From a virus (Duplodnaviria > Caudoviricetes): a DNA stretch of 34,619 nucleotides. The translations under genes and the position numbers were made by a program. Below are positions 17,401 through 26,032 of this stretch, piece after piece; within the stretch, counting starts at the first letter, position 1; each line of letters begins with the position of its first letter. Where the stretch lies: positions 1-34,619 of IMG/VR virus record IMGVR_UViG_3300034682_000432; one strand, 5' to 3'. The notes under the pieces were generated by a model, which saw only the letters and a list, made by a program, of their open reading frames with translations, made no database searches and was not told where the DNA came from.

Positions 17401-18964
17401 CTTGGGCATCTCCCAGGCCACGCATACGGAACATGTAATCGGCCAGCTGCTTGGTGAACTCGGCCGCGCTTAACTGCTCCTGTAATTCCAGCAATCCGGC
17501 ATTGAACGCATCGAAGCTGTCGCTCTGTTCGGCCAGTTCAATGATGGGATTCATAAACTCATCGCCGCCCACTTCAACCCAGTCGCTCATAGCCTCATCT
17601 GTCAAGTTACTGATGATGGCCTCGCTGGTTTGCTGGATGCGGTTAATCGCCAGCTTCTTGCCTTGCTGCCGATTGAGGGCCAGCGGCTGCGGTACAGCAG
17701 CAGCTTCCATCACGGTAAGCGGCTGCAGCACGACGTCATCTGCACCAGGGGCAGCCAGACCGAACTTATCCCGTACCTCGCTTTCGCTGATTTTCATTCC
17801 GCGATCAATCAGTGGCATCAAACTATCGACCAGCAGTTTTAGATCTTCCGGCTCTGGCACCCGGATGCAGACGCGGGGATAGGCCTTCTGTACTCCCCAG
17901 TTCAAAATAATGAACGGTTTAACCAGATACTCGTTGATGGTCGCTTCGAGCTGTCGTGCATCCCACTTGGCGATATCCAGACGCACTTCATTATGCACCG
18001 TCGCCTGAGCCCGGCTGCTGCCGTCATCGGTGGTCATGGTCTGGCCCAGCACGGCCTTACTGGTTTGTTCATCGCACCAGCGAGCCATATTCTCGAATAG
18101 AGTGTCGCCGCCATTGCCTTTGGCTGTCTCGACTAATTCGACAATCATGCTGTCCGGGATCACCGCTCCGGCATCAGAGGCAATGGTGGCGATAGCGTTC
18201 TTGAGCGTGTTGATCTGGTCAATCGTGGCATTGGCGCCGTACTTACCCACACGAATGGGAATGCCGAACACTTCGGCGAATGCCCACCAATCCCGAACCG
18301 TAAACGACTTGAGCATATACATCACGGCGCACAAGCGGGTCAGGCCATTGCGCCAGATGCTACCGCTTTTTGTGCGCGGCAGGTGAACGATAAACTTGTA
18401 CGGCTCCAGCGCTTTACCTTGTGGCGCATCATCACTGATCAGCAAGATTTCGCTGAGCGTGTTCTGGTCCGGGCGTAGAAAACGCGGGTCTACCCATTTG
18501 TAGTCGATCGGCTGCCATGGCTGCCGGTTGGTATCCCACAAGATCTGGCATACCCCCATCCCTTTACCCAGACCATCCAGCAGGTCGAAGAACAACTCTG
18601 GGATCTGGTCGCTGGCCATCAGCATGCGAACCTCATCGGCCAGCCGGACATCATTGGCGTCATCACTGGCAGATTCAACGCTCGGTGGCAGCGCAGCAAC
18701 CGCCAGCTTGCGAGTGCGTAGCACTGAGGCATAGTGCAGGTCACGTTCTTCTATTTCTTCGGCCAGCGTCATGTAGTCCTGTGGGTTGTTGCCATCCACC
18801 ACCGATCGCAGTAACCCCGCCAGCCGTTGCGGCGTAATGGTGCTGGCCACACTCGATGGGCGCGGGTTGCGCACGCTAGTGATATGAGCAAGAGCGACAT
18901 CTTTGCTCAGTGCAGGCTTGACGGGTTTAATAGGGTTACCCCGTGCATCCAGAATGTTGCTCAC
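17393..18964 (-). CDS. Portal protein (Mu gp29, DUF935)
   Basis: EE.EERD.H.ASVL.TRK.AV, F.E.FG.PIRVGKY, SKAVLGQT.T and VHNEVR.DI motifs. Confidence 0.95.
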   Translation of the reverse strand: MSNILDARGNPIKPVKPALSKDVALAHITSVRNPRPSSVASTITPQRLAGLLRSVVDGNNPQDYMTLAEEIEERDLHYASVLRTRKLAVAALPPSVESASDDANDVRLADEVRMLMASDQIPELFFDLLDGLGKGMGVCQILWDTNRQPWQPIDYKWVDPRFLRPDQNTLSEILLISDDAPQGKALEPYKFIVHLPRTKSGSIWRNGLTRLCAVMYMLKSFTVRDWWAFAEVFGIPIRVGKYGANATIDQINTLKNAIATIASDAGAVIPDSMIVELVETAKGNGGDTLFENMARWCDEQTSKAVLGQTMTTDDGSSRAQATVHNEVRLDIAKWDARQLEATINEYLVKPFIILNWGVQKAYPRVCIRVPEPEDLKLLVDSLMPLIDRGMKISESEVRDKFGLAAPGADDVVLQPLTVMEAAAVPQPLALNRQQGKKLAINRIQQTSEAIISNLTDEAMSDWVEVGGDEFMNPIIELAEQSDSFDAFNAGLLELQEQLSAAEFTKQLADYMFRMRGLGDAQDA

Positions 18965-20553
18965 AATAATCCGCCTCCGTTACGCAGGCCACGGGTCAGA
19001 TGCATCTGCCGTTGGCTGTCTTGGTCTTTTTGTGGAGCACCGACCTTCGCGATCCGATGCAGCTCATAGATATGGGTCTCTGACCGACTGGCCAGATAAG
19101 CGAGGAAGATAGCGATCGCGCTGTCGCCATGGCGCTTGTTGCCATCGCTGCCCTCAGTGCGGCTGTCGTCAATGCCGGGGGTTCCTCGATAGATCTGGAT
19201 CTGCCCCAAGTCGGTCACGATGTCCTCGTGCTTGGGCAGTTCCAGTTCGTCATCTTCAAATGCTGCCTTAAAACGCGGCATATTTTCACGATAGAAACCA
19301 ACCGACAGCATGACCTGTACCACTTCTTGCCCGTAGCGATAGGCGGCCTGTTCGGCTAGATATTGACCATTCCCACGGGCATCAAGCCAGATGCCATCCC
19401 GGCGCGGCAGACGATCGCAAATGAAGTAGAGCGCCTGCTCCTGTTGCTTGAATGGCACGTTCTTCAGCTCAGCAGTAAACGGTACGCGCCGCCGGGTATT
19501 TGGCAGCACATCAATCGGTGCGAAAACCGTCAAGTCACCCGAACGCGCGAAGTCTTCACCAAGAGCATGGCGATGGCTGCTATCCAGCTTCAGCAGCTCG
19601 GGCAGCACCACGGCATCTAACCACTCTTGCATCTCGCCCTGACGGGCTAATTCAGTTGCGTTATTAAAGACTGTCGTGCCAGTAAAGCGCAGCACCGGGC
19701 CATCACCGCAGGCCGCTCGCTCACGCAGGCCTCGTGGCAGGTAGGTACCGCCACCGCTCTTGGGTTCGCAGTAATATTCTTCTCTGGCATCTTCTTCAGT
19801 GGCGGTGTCACGCAACAGGTTCCGCAGCCATTCATCCTGAGCTTGCTGGCTCCACTCTTTTTTGGTGACCTGACAGATCCGCCGATAAAGCCCTTCTTTG
19901 ATGGCGGTTTCGATATCGATGCGATGCACGCTGAATCGCTTTTTCCCAGCACGGCTATCAATGATCAGGGTATTGAACAGGTTCTCAATTCCGTTGTGGG
20001 TCGAGATAATCCGTACCTTACTGCCCCACATAGTGAGCGCCATAGCCGCTTTGAGAAGGGCGGCCAAGTCTTTTTGAATTGAGCCCTCATCGAGCACCAC
20101 ATTGCCTTGCATACCACGGAGGTTTGCAGGGTTAGAGCTGAGCGCCTTTACCTTAAATGCGCTGGCGAAGTTGATGACATAGACCAGGATGTCTTTGTCT
20201 TCGTCGACTAATACTTCTTCGCCAACATCACTAGCAGCCAGACCATAGGCCTTAGCCCACATGGCGCAAGCATCGATAAACTCGCGAGCCATGTCTTTGG
20301 TGGTGCCGACGTAGAAGGTATCACAGCCGCCAGCTGCAGCAGACATCGAACCATTCAGCGCTGCATCAGCAGCCTCTGCCCATGTAAGGCCGGTACGGCG
20401 GCTCTTCTCGGCAATTTTGAGTTGAGAGTTATCCGCTATCCATCGTTTCTGATAGGGCAGCAGCACCTCATCGGGATCAAACTGGCCGCCGATAATGGCG
20501 GCCACTGACTGGTTACGAAGGGCGTTTTCTGCTTGGGTAAGGTGGTTCATCAC
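18961..20553 (-). CDS. Terminase large subunit (Mu gp28)
   Basis: LLPYQ.RW, EKSRRTGLTW, LRG.QG.VVLDE, ISTHNG, G.DFAR.GDL and RHGD.A motifs. Confidence 0.96.
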   Translation of the reverse strand: MMNHLTQAENALRNQSVAAIIGGQFDPDEVLLPYQKRWIADNSQLKIAEKSRRTGLTWAEAADAALNGSMSAAAGGCDTFYVGTTKDMAREFIDACAMWAKAYGLAASDVGEEVLVDEDKDILVYVINFASAFKVKALSSNPANLRGMQGNVVLDEGSIQKDLAALLKAAMALTMWGSKVRIISTHNGIENLFNTLIIDSRAGKKRFSVHRIDIETAIKEGLYRRICQVTKKEWSQQAQDEWLRNLLRDTATEEDAREEYYCEPKSGGGTYLPRGLRERAACGDGPVLRFTGTTVFNNATELARQGEMQEWLDAVVLPELLKLDSSHRHALGEDFARSGDLTVFAPIDVLPNTRRRVPFTAELKNVPFKQQEQALYFICDRLPRRDGIWLDARGNGQYLAEQAAYRYGQEVVQVMLSVGFYRENMPRFKAAFEDDELELPKHEDIVTDLGQIQIYRGTPGIDDSRTEGSDGNKRHGDSAIAIFLAYLASRSETHIYELHRIAKVGAPQKDQDSQRQMHLTRGLRNGGGLL

Positions 20554-21131
20554 GCAATCCCCAAAATCTGGCGCTTGATATCGGCAGCAGTCTCAGCCGT
20601 CAGTCCGGCACTCTTCACAATCTTCTCTGTCTTAGCCGCGACCTCAGCAGCGAACGCGGATCGGATCTCTTTCTCGACCTTGTGACTGGTCATTGCCGCT
20701 TGCTCAACACGCTGGATCACCAGGGCAAGTTGCCCCAGCGATTTGGGGTCAATCATCTTGCCTTCTTCGCCTTCGCTGGCATCCATCATCTTCATGGAAG
20801 TTTCGAACGCCATGGTTCTGACAAATTCCTGCAGCAACTTGCCGACTTCTGAAGTAGGGGCTTGACCGAGCTTGGCAGTCCACACTTCGGCTACTTCCCG
20901 AGCTTGTGCCATCCGGCTTCCTGCTTCTTCCATTCGTTTGGCAAAGCGGTTCAGGCCGGTGCGGCTTATCTGTTCCTCTGGCGGTAATCCGGATTCCAGA
21001 ATCAGCTGGTTAATCTCAGCCAGCACATCCTTTTGCGACATCGATCCAGAACGCAGCATGGCCGCCAGCTGGCTACGGATATCATCCGGAAGCTGCTGGA
21101 TCTTGCTCTTGGTGTTCTTCTTGGTGGTCAT
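20550..21131 (-). CDS. Terminase small subunit (Mu gp27, DUF3486)
   Basis: SKI..LP..IR..L...LR, ISR.GLNR and C-terminal I...ILGIA motifs. Confidence 0.9.
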   Translation of the reverse strand: MTTKKNTKSKIQQLPDDIRSQLAAMLRSGSMSQKDVLAEINQLILESGLPPEEQISRTGLNRFAKRMEEAGSRMAQAREVAEVWTAKLGQAPTSEVGKLLQEFVRTMAFETSMKMMDASEGEEGKMIDPKSLGQLALVIQRVEQAAMTSHKVEKEIRSAFAAEVAAKTEKIVKSAGLTAETAADIKRQILGIA

Positions 21132-21133
21132 GA

Positions 21134-21214
21134 CTACCCCAGCAGCTTATCAACCAGTAGGGCTGCAAAGCCCCACAATGCCGACACAGGGTCGGCGGTG
21201 AACGTGAAGAGCAT
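21134..21214 (-). CDS. Unannotated 26-aa hydrophobic peptide MLFTFTADPVSALWGFAALLVDKLLG
   Basis: TGATG overlap with the gp26 stop; ends 2 nt before the terS ATG and fills the gap exactly. Confidence 0.5.
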   Translation of the reverse strand: MLFTFTADPVSALWGFAALLVDKLLG

Positions 21215-21507
21215 CACTCTGGTCGTGGTTTTTTCACGCCCGGCACAGTGGCCGAGCCATTCGCCACATCGATACCGCGGCTGGTCAATTTGGCGATCAT
21301 GGTATTTCCCAACTCGCGCACAGCAACTAGTCCTTGTTCTGCCAGCCAGCTGATGTGGGTACGCACCGCATCGCGGCTGACCTTGTGACCGTACTGATCA
21401 AGGCACGAATCAAGGATTGATTCATTGGCCTCATAGCCCGGCATTTCTTCCAGCGACCGCAAGATCACCAGCCGCTGGTCTGCAATCACCAACTCTTTAA
21501 ACGACAT
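21214..21507 (-). CDS. Mu gp26-like winged-helix protein
   Basis: DQRLVILRSL...GY.ANESIL, SRD.VRT...WL.EQGLV and G.A.VPGVKKPRP motifs. Confidence 0.9.
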   Translation of the reverse strand: MSFKELVIADQRLVILRSLEEMPGYEANESILDSCLDQYGHKVSRDAVRTHISWLAEQGLVAVRELGNTMIAKLTSRGIDVANGSATVPGVKKPRPE

Positions 21508-21518
21508 ATAACCCCCGT

Positions 21519-21824
21519 TTATTTGTTCTTCAATTCCTGCTCTAAAAGCAATTGGGCTAAGTGATTGACCGGCTTCAGCTCGGCCCGCAACGTCTTCAGC
21601 TCACCGCGCATATCGCTCATCTCAAGCCGCAGCGAGCTCAGCTCTTCACGGGTCGGCAGTGATTCAAAATCATGTCTGAGTTCGTCCATGTCTTTTTTTA
21701 CTGCCTCTAAATCAGAACGGCTGGCAAATCTGCGAGACAGATAGAACATGATTGCTTGCACAATCGTTGTCCCCAGCCACAACAGCAGCGGCCAGTACAC
21801 GCGCACCATTTCAGTAAGTTCCAA
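21519..21824 (-). CDS. Mu gp25-like membrane protein (DUF2730)
   Basis: N-terminal TM segment, coiled coil, LPT.E...L.L and LLLE.EL; start may be TTG 21824 or ATG 21809. Confidence 0.8.
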   Translation of the reverse strand: MELTEMVRVYWPLLLWLGTTIVQAIMFYLSRRFASRSDLEAVKKDMDELRHDFESLPTREELSSLRLEMSDMRGELKTLRAELKPVNHLAQLLLEQELKNK

Positions 21825-22053
21825 TGCGATGTCTCCCCGCAGTATCTACACAGCTCTGGCACGGAACACAGCGCACCGCATCAGGCTCAGCCTGCAGTCG
21901 CTTAATGGCGATCTGCTCTCCACAACTCAGGCAAAAGCGGTTCCCATGCTCGTCCTGATCTGGCTTTTCCTTATGACGAACCAGCGCTTTGGTAATAGCC
22001 AGCTCCCGATCCAGTTGTTCTGTTTTCTGTGCACGGTCGAATACGTCTGTCAT
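21811..22053 (-). CDS. TraR/DksA C4 zinc-finger protein
   Basis: MTD.FDRAQ..E and CLSCGE.I...RL.A.P.AVRCVPCQ; start ATG 22053 (ATGA overlap). Confidence 0.9.
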   Translation of the reverse strand: MTDVFDRAQKTEQLDRELAITKALVRHKEKPDQDEHGNRFCLSCGEQIAIKRLQAEPDAVRCVPCQSCVDTAGRHRIGTY

Positions 22054-22661
22054 TTGCCACCCGTCAGCAAGCGGGAGACAACGCCGGTTACCGCTGATTG
22101 AACCTTCTGGCCAGAGGCTTTGGGATGAGGCGCAAAACCGTCCAGGGTGCGCAGGCCGAGATAAGCCCAAGCCGGAGAGATGAGCAGCAGCACCATGTCA
22201 AAATCAGGGCCATCGCTATAGCCGAAGCCTTTGAGGATGGTGAACAACACCACATAGATAGCCGTCACCTGCCAGCTTTGCCGAGCCATAAGCGGTCTGG
22301 TATGGCGCACATATTCATCATTGGCATTGTCGCCAGCACGGATCGTCTCTTGGGTTTCGTGCTGCTCTGTCTGTTTATCCTGCAGCGTAAGCTCCTGGCG
22401 GCGTGTCTGCTCTTTCTCCATCTCAACCTTGAGCTTCTGCAGTTCAACTAAAGCTTCAGGATCTGCGATGCGCGCCAGCTGGTCAGAGACAGCGGCCTCT
22501 TGCTGGCTTGCCGTCAGGCCAAGACCAGAGACTTGCTCCACGATATTTGCCAGCTTGTCAGCAGCACCGCCGCCGAACCCGAACAGGGATGAAATGCCAC
22601 GGATCATCGCCGGGCCTTGTTGCACGGCCAGCGTCGCCAGTGCGGGGATTAACGGGATCAT
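22050..22661 (-). CDS. Holin-like membrane protein (3TM/GTA-holin-like)
   Basis: D.YVR.TRP followed by two C-terminal TM segments ending AYLG.RT.D; sits next to the endolysin. Confidence 0.65.
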   Translation of the reverse strand: MIPLIPALATLAVQQGPAMIRGISSLFGFGGGAADKLANIVEQVSGLGLTASQQEAAVSDQLARIADPEALVELQKLKVEMEKEQTRRQELTLQDKQTEQHETQETIRAGDNANDEYVRHTRPLMARQSWQVTAIYVVLFTILKGFGYSDGPDFDMVLLLISPAWAYLGLRTLDGFAPHPKASGQKVQSAVTGVVSRLLTGGK

Positions 22662-22740
22662 GGGATGTCCTTATGAAATAGCGCCCGCAAGCGAGCACAG
22701 AGATCGGGCTTGATGGAACTGGGGTGAACTTCGACCCATA

Positions 22741-23211
22741 TCAGACCCCGTATTCCTTGTCCCATTGGCCGGTGCGCATCTGTTCGGCATGACGCTGGGC
22801 TCGCTCAGGAGTCTGCTTTGCCCAGCGACTTTCCAGCATGCCGGTCGCTGCACTGTTCCAGTTATGTTGTGCTACATCTTTGAGGGTATTCTTGAAGTTG
22901 GCCAAACTCGGAACGCCCATCTGATAGGCCATAGATTGCAACACCGCCAGACGAGCAGGATATCCGGCGCAGGCATCCAGAGCGGCAGCGATATTTGGTA
23001 CGCTGCGCATCTCGTTATCTGTTTTTTTCAGGAATTCATCGAGCCAGGCATTACCTGCTGATTGAGGTAGGGTGAATTGATAGAGCTTGATATCGGCACC
23101 TTTTGGGCCAATACGAAACCCCCAGCCGACTGTTGGATAACCTTCACTGCAAAGGTATGGCTTTGCACGCCAATCCTCTTCGTATTTGATAAGCCCGTGA
23201 ATGGAAGACAT
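22741..23211 (-). CDS. Endolysin, T4-lysozyme-like (GH24)
   Basis: EE.....PY.C.EGYPT.G.G, L..MAYQMG, F..TL and ML.S.WAKQTP.RA.R motifs. Confidence 0.92.
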   Translation of the reverse strand: MSSIHGLIKYEEDWRAKPYLCSEGYPTVGWGFRIGPKGADIKLYQFTLPQSAGNAWLDEFLKKTDNEMRSVPNIAAALDACAGYPARLAVLQSMAYQMGVPSLANFKNTLKDVAQHNWNSAATGMLESRWAKQTPERAQRHAEQMRTGQWDKEYGV

Positions 23212-23242
23212 GACACACCTGGATTGGTAATGAATTTAATTC

Positions 23243-23284
23243 AGTGTGTGATTTATCGGGGGTCTGTATGTAATGACGAGCTTC
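23243..23284 (-). promoter_or_regulatory. Putative C-dependent late promoter (Plys-like)
   Basis: Minus-strand GAAGCTCGTCATTACA plus -10-like CACACT; shares TGTAATGACG and spacing with the head promoter. Confidence 0.65.
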
Positions 23285-23290
23285 AACAAT

Positions 23291-23313
23291 AAAGCGACCA
23301 CTTGGGCCGCCTT
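23291..23313 (-). terminator. Intrinsic terminator after the late activator gene
   Basis: Minus strand AAGGCGGCC-CAAGT-GGTCGCTTT followed by ATTGTT. Confidence 0.6.
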
Positions 23314-23321
23314 ATATCTGG

Positions 23322-23786
23322 TTAATAGGGTCTTCCATTTCGCCTGCCTTTGCCATCGGCAACATCATCAATGCCAGCAAACATATCAACCTGAAGTTTC
23401 CGTAATTCTGAACGCCGCATTCTTGACAATACAAATTGAATTTCACGGGTAGAAACGCCGAACTTACGCGACAGCTCGAACACGTTATTGCCTTTGAACT
23501 CTTTCCAGATTTGAATCGATCGCAGCACAGAACTCAGGGTCTTGCCAGTCGGCACATAAAATGGCGCACCGCCAAACATGCGGCAAAACTCAGACAGCAT
23601 AATAAACGACAGCATCTCATCATTCCGGTGCTTCTCGACCACTGACTCGATAGTGTCAAACATAGAGCGCAGTGACTCAGTCCAGCCCGGTGCAGTTTCA
23701 TCGTTGAGCAGACGATAGGTACTAGCATCAATCACAGTTTGCTGGCCGAATAGGTCGATGGTCTGCTTATCGTGTGTCTCTTTCAT
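23322..23786 (-). CDS. Mor/C family late transcription activator
   Basis: FGG...Y.P.G..L...LR...IW.EF.G.N..EL.RKFGVS; GGAGG RBS before ATG 23786; upstream of lysis genes. Confidence 0.9.
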   Translation of the reverse strand: MKETHDKQTIDLFGQQTVIDASTYRLLNDETAPGWTESLRSMFDTIESVVEKHRNDEMLSFIMLSEFCRMFGGAPFYVPTGKTLSSVLRSIQIWKEFKGNNVFELSRKFGVSTREIQFVLSRMRRSELRKLQVDMFAGIDDVADGKGRRNGRPY

Positions 23787-23806
23787 ATCGCCTCCAAATC
23801 CCGGAT

Positions 23807-23866
23807 AAAACAACACCCAGCTTGGCTGGGTGTCGAGATCATAACGCGCTTGGTTTTTGGCAACAA
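23807..23866 (-). promoter_or_regulatory. Sigma70-like promoter followed immediately by a terminator-like hairpin
   Basis: TTGTTG (23866-23861)-17 nt-TATGAT (23843-23838), then CGACACCCAGC-CAA-GCTGGGTGTTG-TTTT. Confidence 0.55.
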
Positions 23867-23916
23867 TTTTCTGGCTATTCAAATTATCGTGTGTAAATTT
23901 TGCAGGAAGCTATTGA

Positions 23917-24339
23917 TTATATGGCTGCTATCTTGTTTTTAATCTTCTGAATGTGCAATTGCTTACTACATCGACCAATTATTAGTGCATCTTCAGCGGT
24001 AATACCCTCTCCGCAGTGTGGGCACATTGGTAATGCATCACGGCTGCGCCAAATTGATTCAAGGTGCTTAGCAGCCCGCAGGTGGCAAACCATATTCCTT
24101 TCTTCTTTCGCCTTGGTCATTAGGGCTTCGGCGCGCTCTCGTTCTTGCGTTAACGCATCCATCATAAGTTCAAGAACGTAGTATGCAGATAACTGCTTGT
24201 TGCAGTCCTTACAAGTGACTGTATGCCCGTCATCACTCATTTGCAGATGAATATGGCCGCAATCTTTATCTACAAAGTAGCTACGGCGCTTTTTCTCTAT
24301 GCTGAAATCGCCAACCGGTATCACGATACCAACTCTCAT
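23917..24339 (-). CDS. Hypothetical Zn-binding protein
   Basis: C.H..., CKDC and CPHC motifs; AT-rich; start uncertain. Confidence 0.7.
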   Translation of the reverse strand: MRVGIVIPVGDFSIEKKRRSYFVDKDCGHIHLQMSDDGHTVTCKDCNKQLSAYYVLELMMDALTQERERAEALMTKAKEERNMVCHLRAAKHLESIWRSRDALPMCPHCGEGITAEDALIIGRCSKQLHIQKIKNKIAAI

Positions 24340-24386
24340 TTTACACCACCATTCCACACGATAATCCGAATAGCCAAATTTTCTGG

Positions 24387-24818
24387 CTATAGCTTTATCA
24401 GATAGTAATTGTGCATTTTCTTATTGATTCTGCACCAATCAAGACTGGATTGTTTAGCAAACACCATCAGTTCTCGATGTCCATCATCGCGAATATAGAA
24501 ATGATGTGTTTCTCCGCGACGATCAGCAATCTGGAAATAGAAATCCTTTTGCCAACCCAATTTTTCATTCCGCCACATCAATGCTTCACCCTGCTCGAAC
24601 TTAGCCACAATCGACTTAGCTTTGAGTACTGAGTGGCAATTGGCGGCGAGATCCGTAAAATTCGCCTTTATTTGTTCTGACCGATCCACGCCATCATTGG
24701 ATTCCTCAACGCTGATATCAACACGAGGTTTCTCAGGCATGACAAGATAGGTAACCGTACCAATAACTACAGCAACCAACCCAACGACACACCAGCCGAA
24801 ACCATTTAGTTTTATCAT
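24387..24818 (-). CDS. Hypothetical membrane-anchored protein
   Basis: N-terminal hydrophobic helix and two further Cys in the soluble part; RBS present. Confidence 0.7.
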   Translation of the reverse strand: MIKLNGFGWCVVGLVAVVIGTVTYLVMPEKPRVDISVEESNDGVDRSEQIKANFTDLAANCHSVLKAKSIVAKFEQGEALMWRNEKLGWQKDFYFQIADRRGETHHFYIRDDGHRELMVFAKQSSLDWCRINKKMHNYYLIKL

Positions 24819-24844
24819 CCTGTGACTCCCTGCTTAACTGCCAA

Positions 24845-25441
24845 TCAACTTATTTCCATCCTATCCGGCCGCCAGCCTGGTGTTTCGTATACCTTCCGGA
24901 TCAGGTCATAACCCGGCATAGCGCCATACCGTGACGATAGTGTAACAGGTAACAAATCACCACGACCAAGAATGACCTCCGTCATTAACCGGATATGCCA
25001 CTTCTTCAACGCTTCCAGCACGCGATCGGCTTGGATTGATGTCAGCCACTCGGCACGATTGATACCAACACCGCCGTTTTTGTTGGCTGTCATTCGTTGA
25101 ATATAACTGCATAGTGCATCTTCTGAACCATCTTGCAAAAAGCCATCATTGTGCATGGTGATCCAGATAGCACGTATTTTACGCACCTCAGGGGCTCGCA
25201 CCGTGGCAGAACTAGGCGGTGAGTAGCGTTTTGCTCCTGACTCGGATTCCTTTTTGCGAACCTTAAAGCCACACTCTTTCATTCGGGTTACTACGGCATC
25301 CAGCTGGATAACGCCTAAACCTTTGGCCGAACTTGCCCCAGTGACGCTTTGCAGCAAGGCGCGGTAATCGTCTTCACTCATTTTCAATTCGCGGCGGCCT
25401 ACATGGACAAGGCGCAACAGGCGCTTGGCTTCTGGATTCAT
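24845..25441 (-). CDS. gemA: GemA / Mu gp16 family protein (DUF1018)
   Basis: HVGRRELKM.ED.YR.LL..VTG..S, KIRAIW..M...G and VLEALKKW motifs. Confidence 0.92.
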   Translation of the reverse strand: MNPEAKRLLRLVHVGRRELKMSEDDYRALLQSVTGASSAKGLGVIQLDAVVTRMKECGFKVRKKESESGAKRYSPPSSATVRAPEVRKIRAIWITMHNDGFLQDGSEDALCSYIQRMTANKNGGVGINRAEWLTSIQADRVLEALKKWHIRLMTEVILGRGDLLPVTLSSRYGAMPGYDLIRKVYETPGWRPDRMEIS

Positions 25442-25467
25442 TTACTCTTCCTCATCGTTGGGTGATG

Positions 25468-25716
25468 TCATGCTGACTTTTTCTCTCGCCTGAGCCGTGC
25501 TACTTCTGCTTCACAGCCCTTGCAGTAGTTCTGCAGACCATCAGCCGAAGCGGCGTTCTGACAAATGGACCAGAACAAGGTGTCTTGTGGCCAAAACTCA
25601 TCACAACGGGCGCACAGCTTTTCCAGCCCCATCTCCGGATCAATACGGGCACGACCAGCTTTCAGTCGTTTTTCTAATATCAGGGGCTTCATCAGTGGTG
25701 TGTACTCACCAAACAT
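25468..25716 (-). CDS. Hypothetical C4 Zn-finger protein
   Basis: K.CARC.E.WP....F...DGL..YCK.C; GAGGA RBS directly 3' of the hammerhead. Confidence 0.75.
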   Translation of the reverse strand: MFGEYTPLMKPLILEKRLKAGRARIDPEMGLEKLCARCDEFWPQDTLFWSICQNAASADGLQNYCKGCEAEVARLRREKKSA

Positions 25717-25732
25717 GGATTGTTCCTCGGCT

Positions 25733-25794
25733 GCTCATCAGTGCCCGATCACCACATCGGGCAGACGGCCGCGATGGCCGTTTCGCTTACTGGT
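25733..25794 (-). ncRNA. Type II hammerhead ribozyme with pseudoknot
   Basis: Minus strand ACCA-GTAA-GC-GAAA-CGGCC-ATCGC-GGCCG-TC/TGCCCGAT-GTGGTG-ATCGGGCA-CTGATGA-GC. The core is intact, stems I and III are perfect, stem II is 2 bp, and loop-I TGGT can pair with the upstream ACCA. Confidence 0.9.
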
Positions 25795-25807
25795 TATTCA
25801 TCTGAAG

Positions 25808-26029
25808 TCATTCGTCGTCTTCATCGATATCGTCCTTATCTGTTATCTGCTCTATCTGATGAACCGTGACTCTGGCGGGAACAGGGCCAAGATGTTCCAT
25901 GGCCCATGCAATCGACTGCTCTTTAGTGAAACCACAATACATTTTCATATATGCATGAAATGAAAGATGTGCCTCCCATGTGGCTGGAACATCGCGAACA
26001 TAGCTGCTGACATGAACTACTTTGGCCAT
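25808..26029 (-). CDS. Hypothetical protein
   Basis: 73 aa, GAGG RBS, acidic tail; packs into the operon. Confidence 0.65.
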   Translation of the reverse strand: MAKVVHVSSYVRDVPATWEAHLSFHAYMKMYCGFTKEQSIAWAMEHLGPVPARVTVHQIEQITDKDDIDEDDE

Positions 26030-26032
26030 ATA

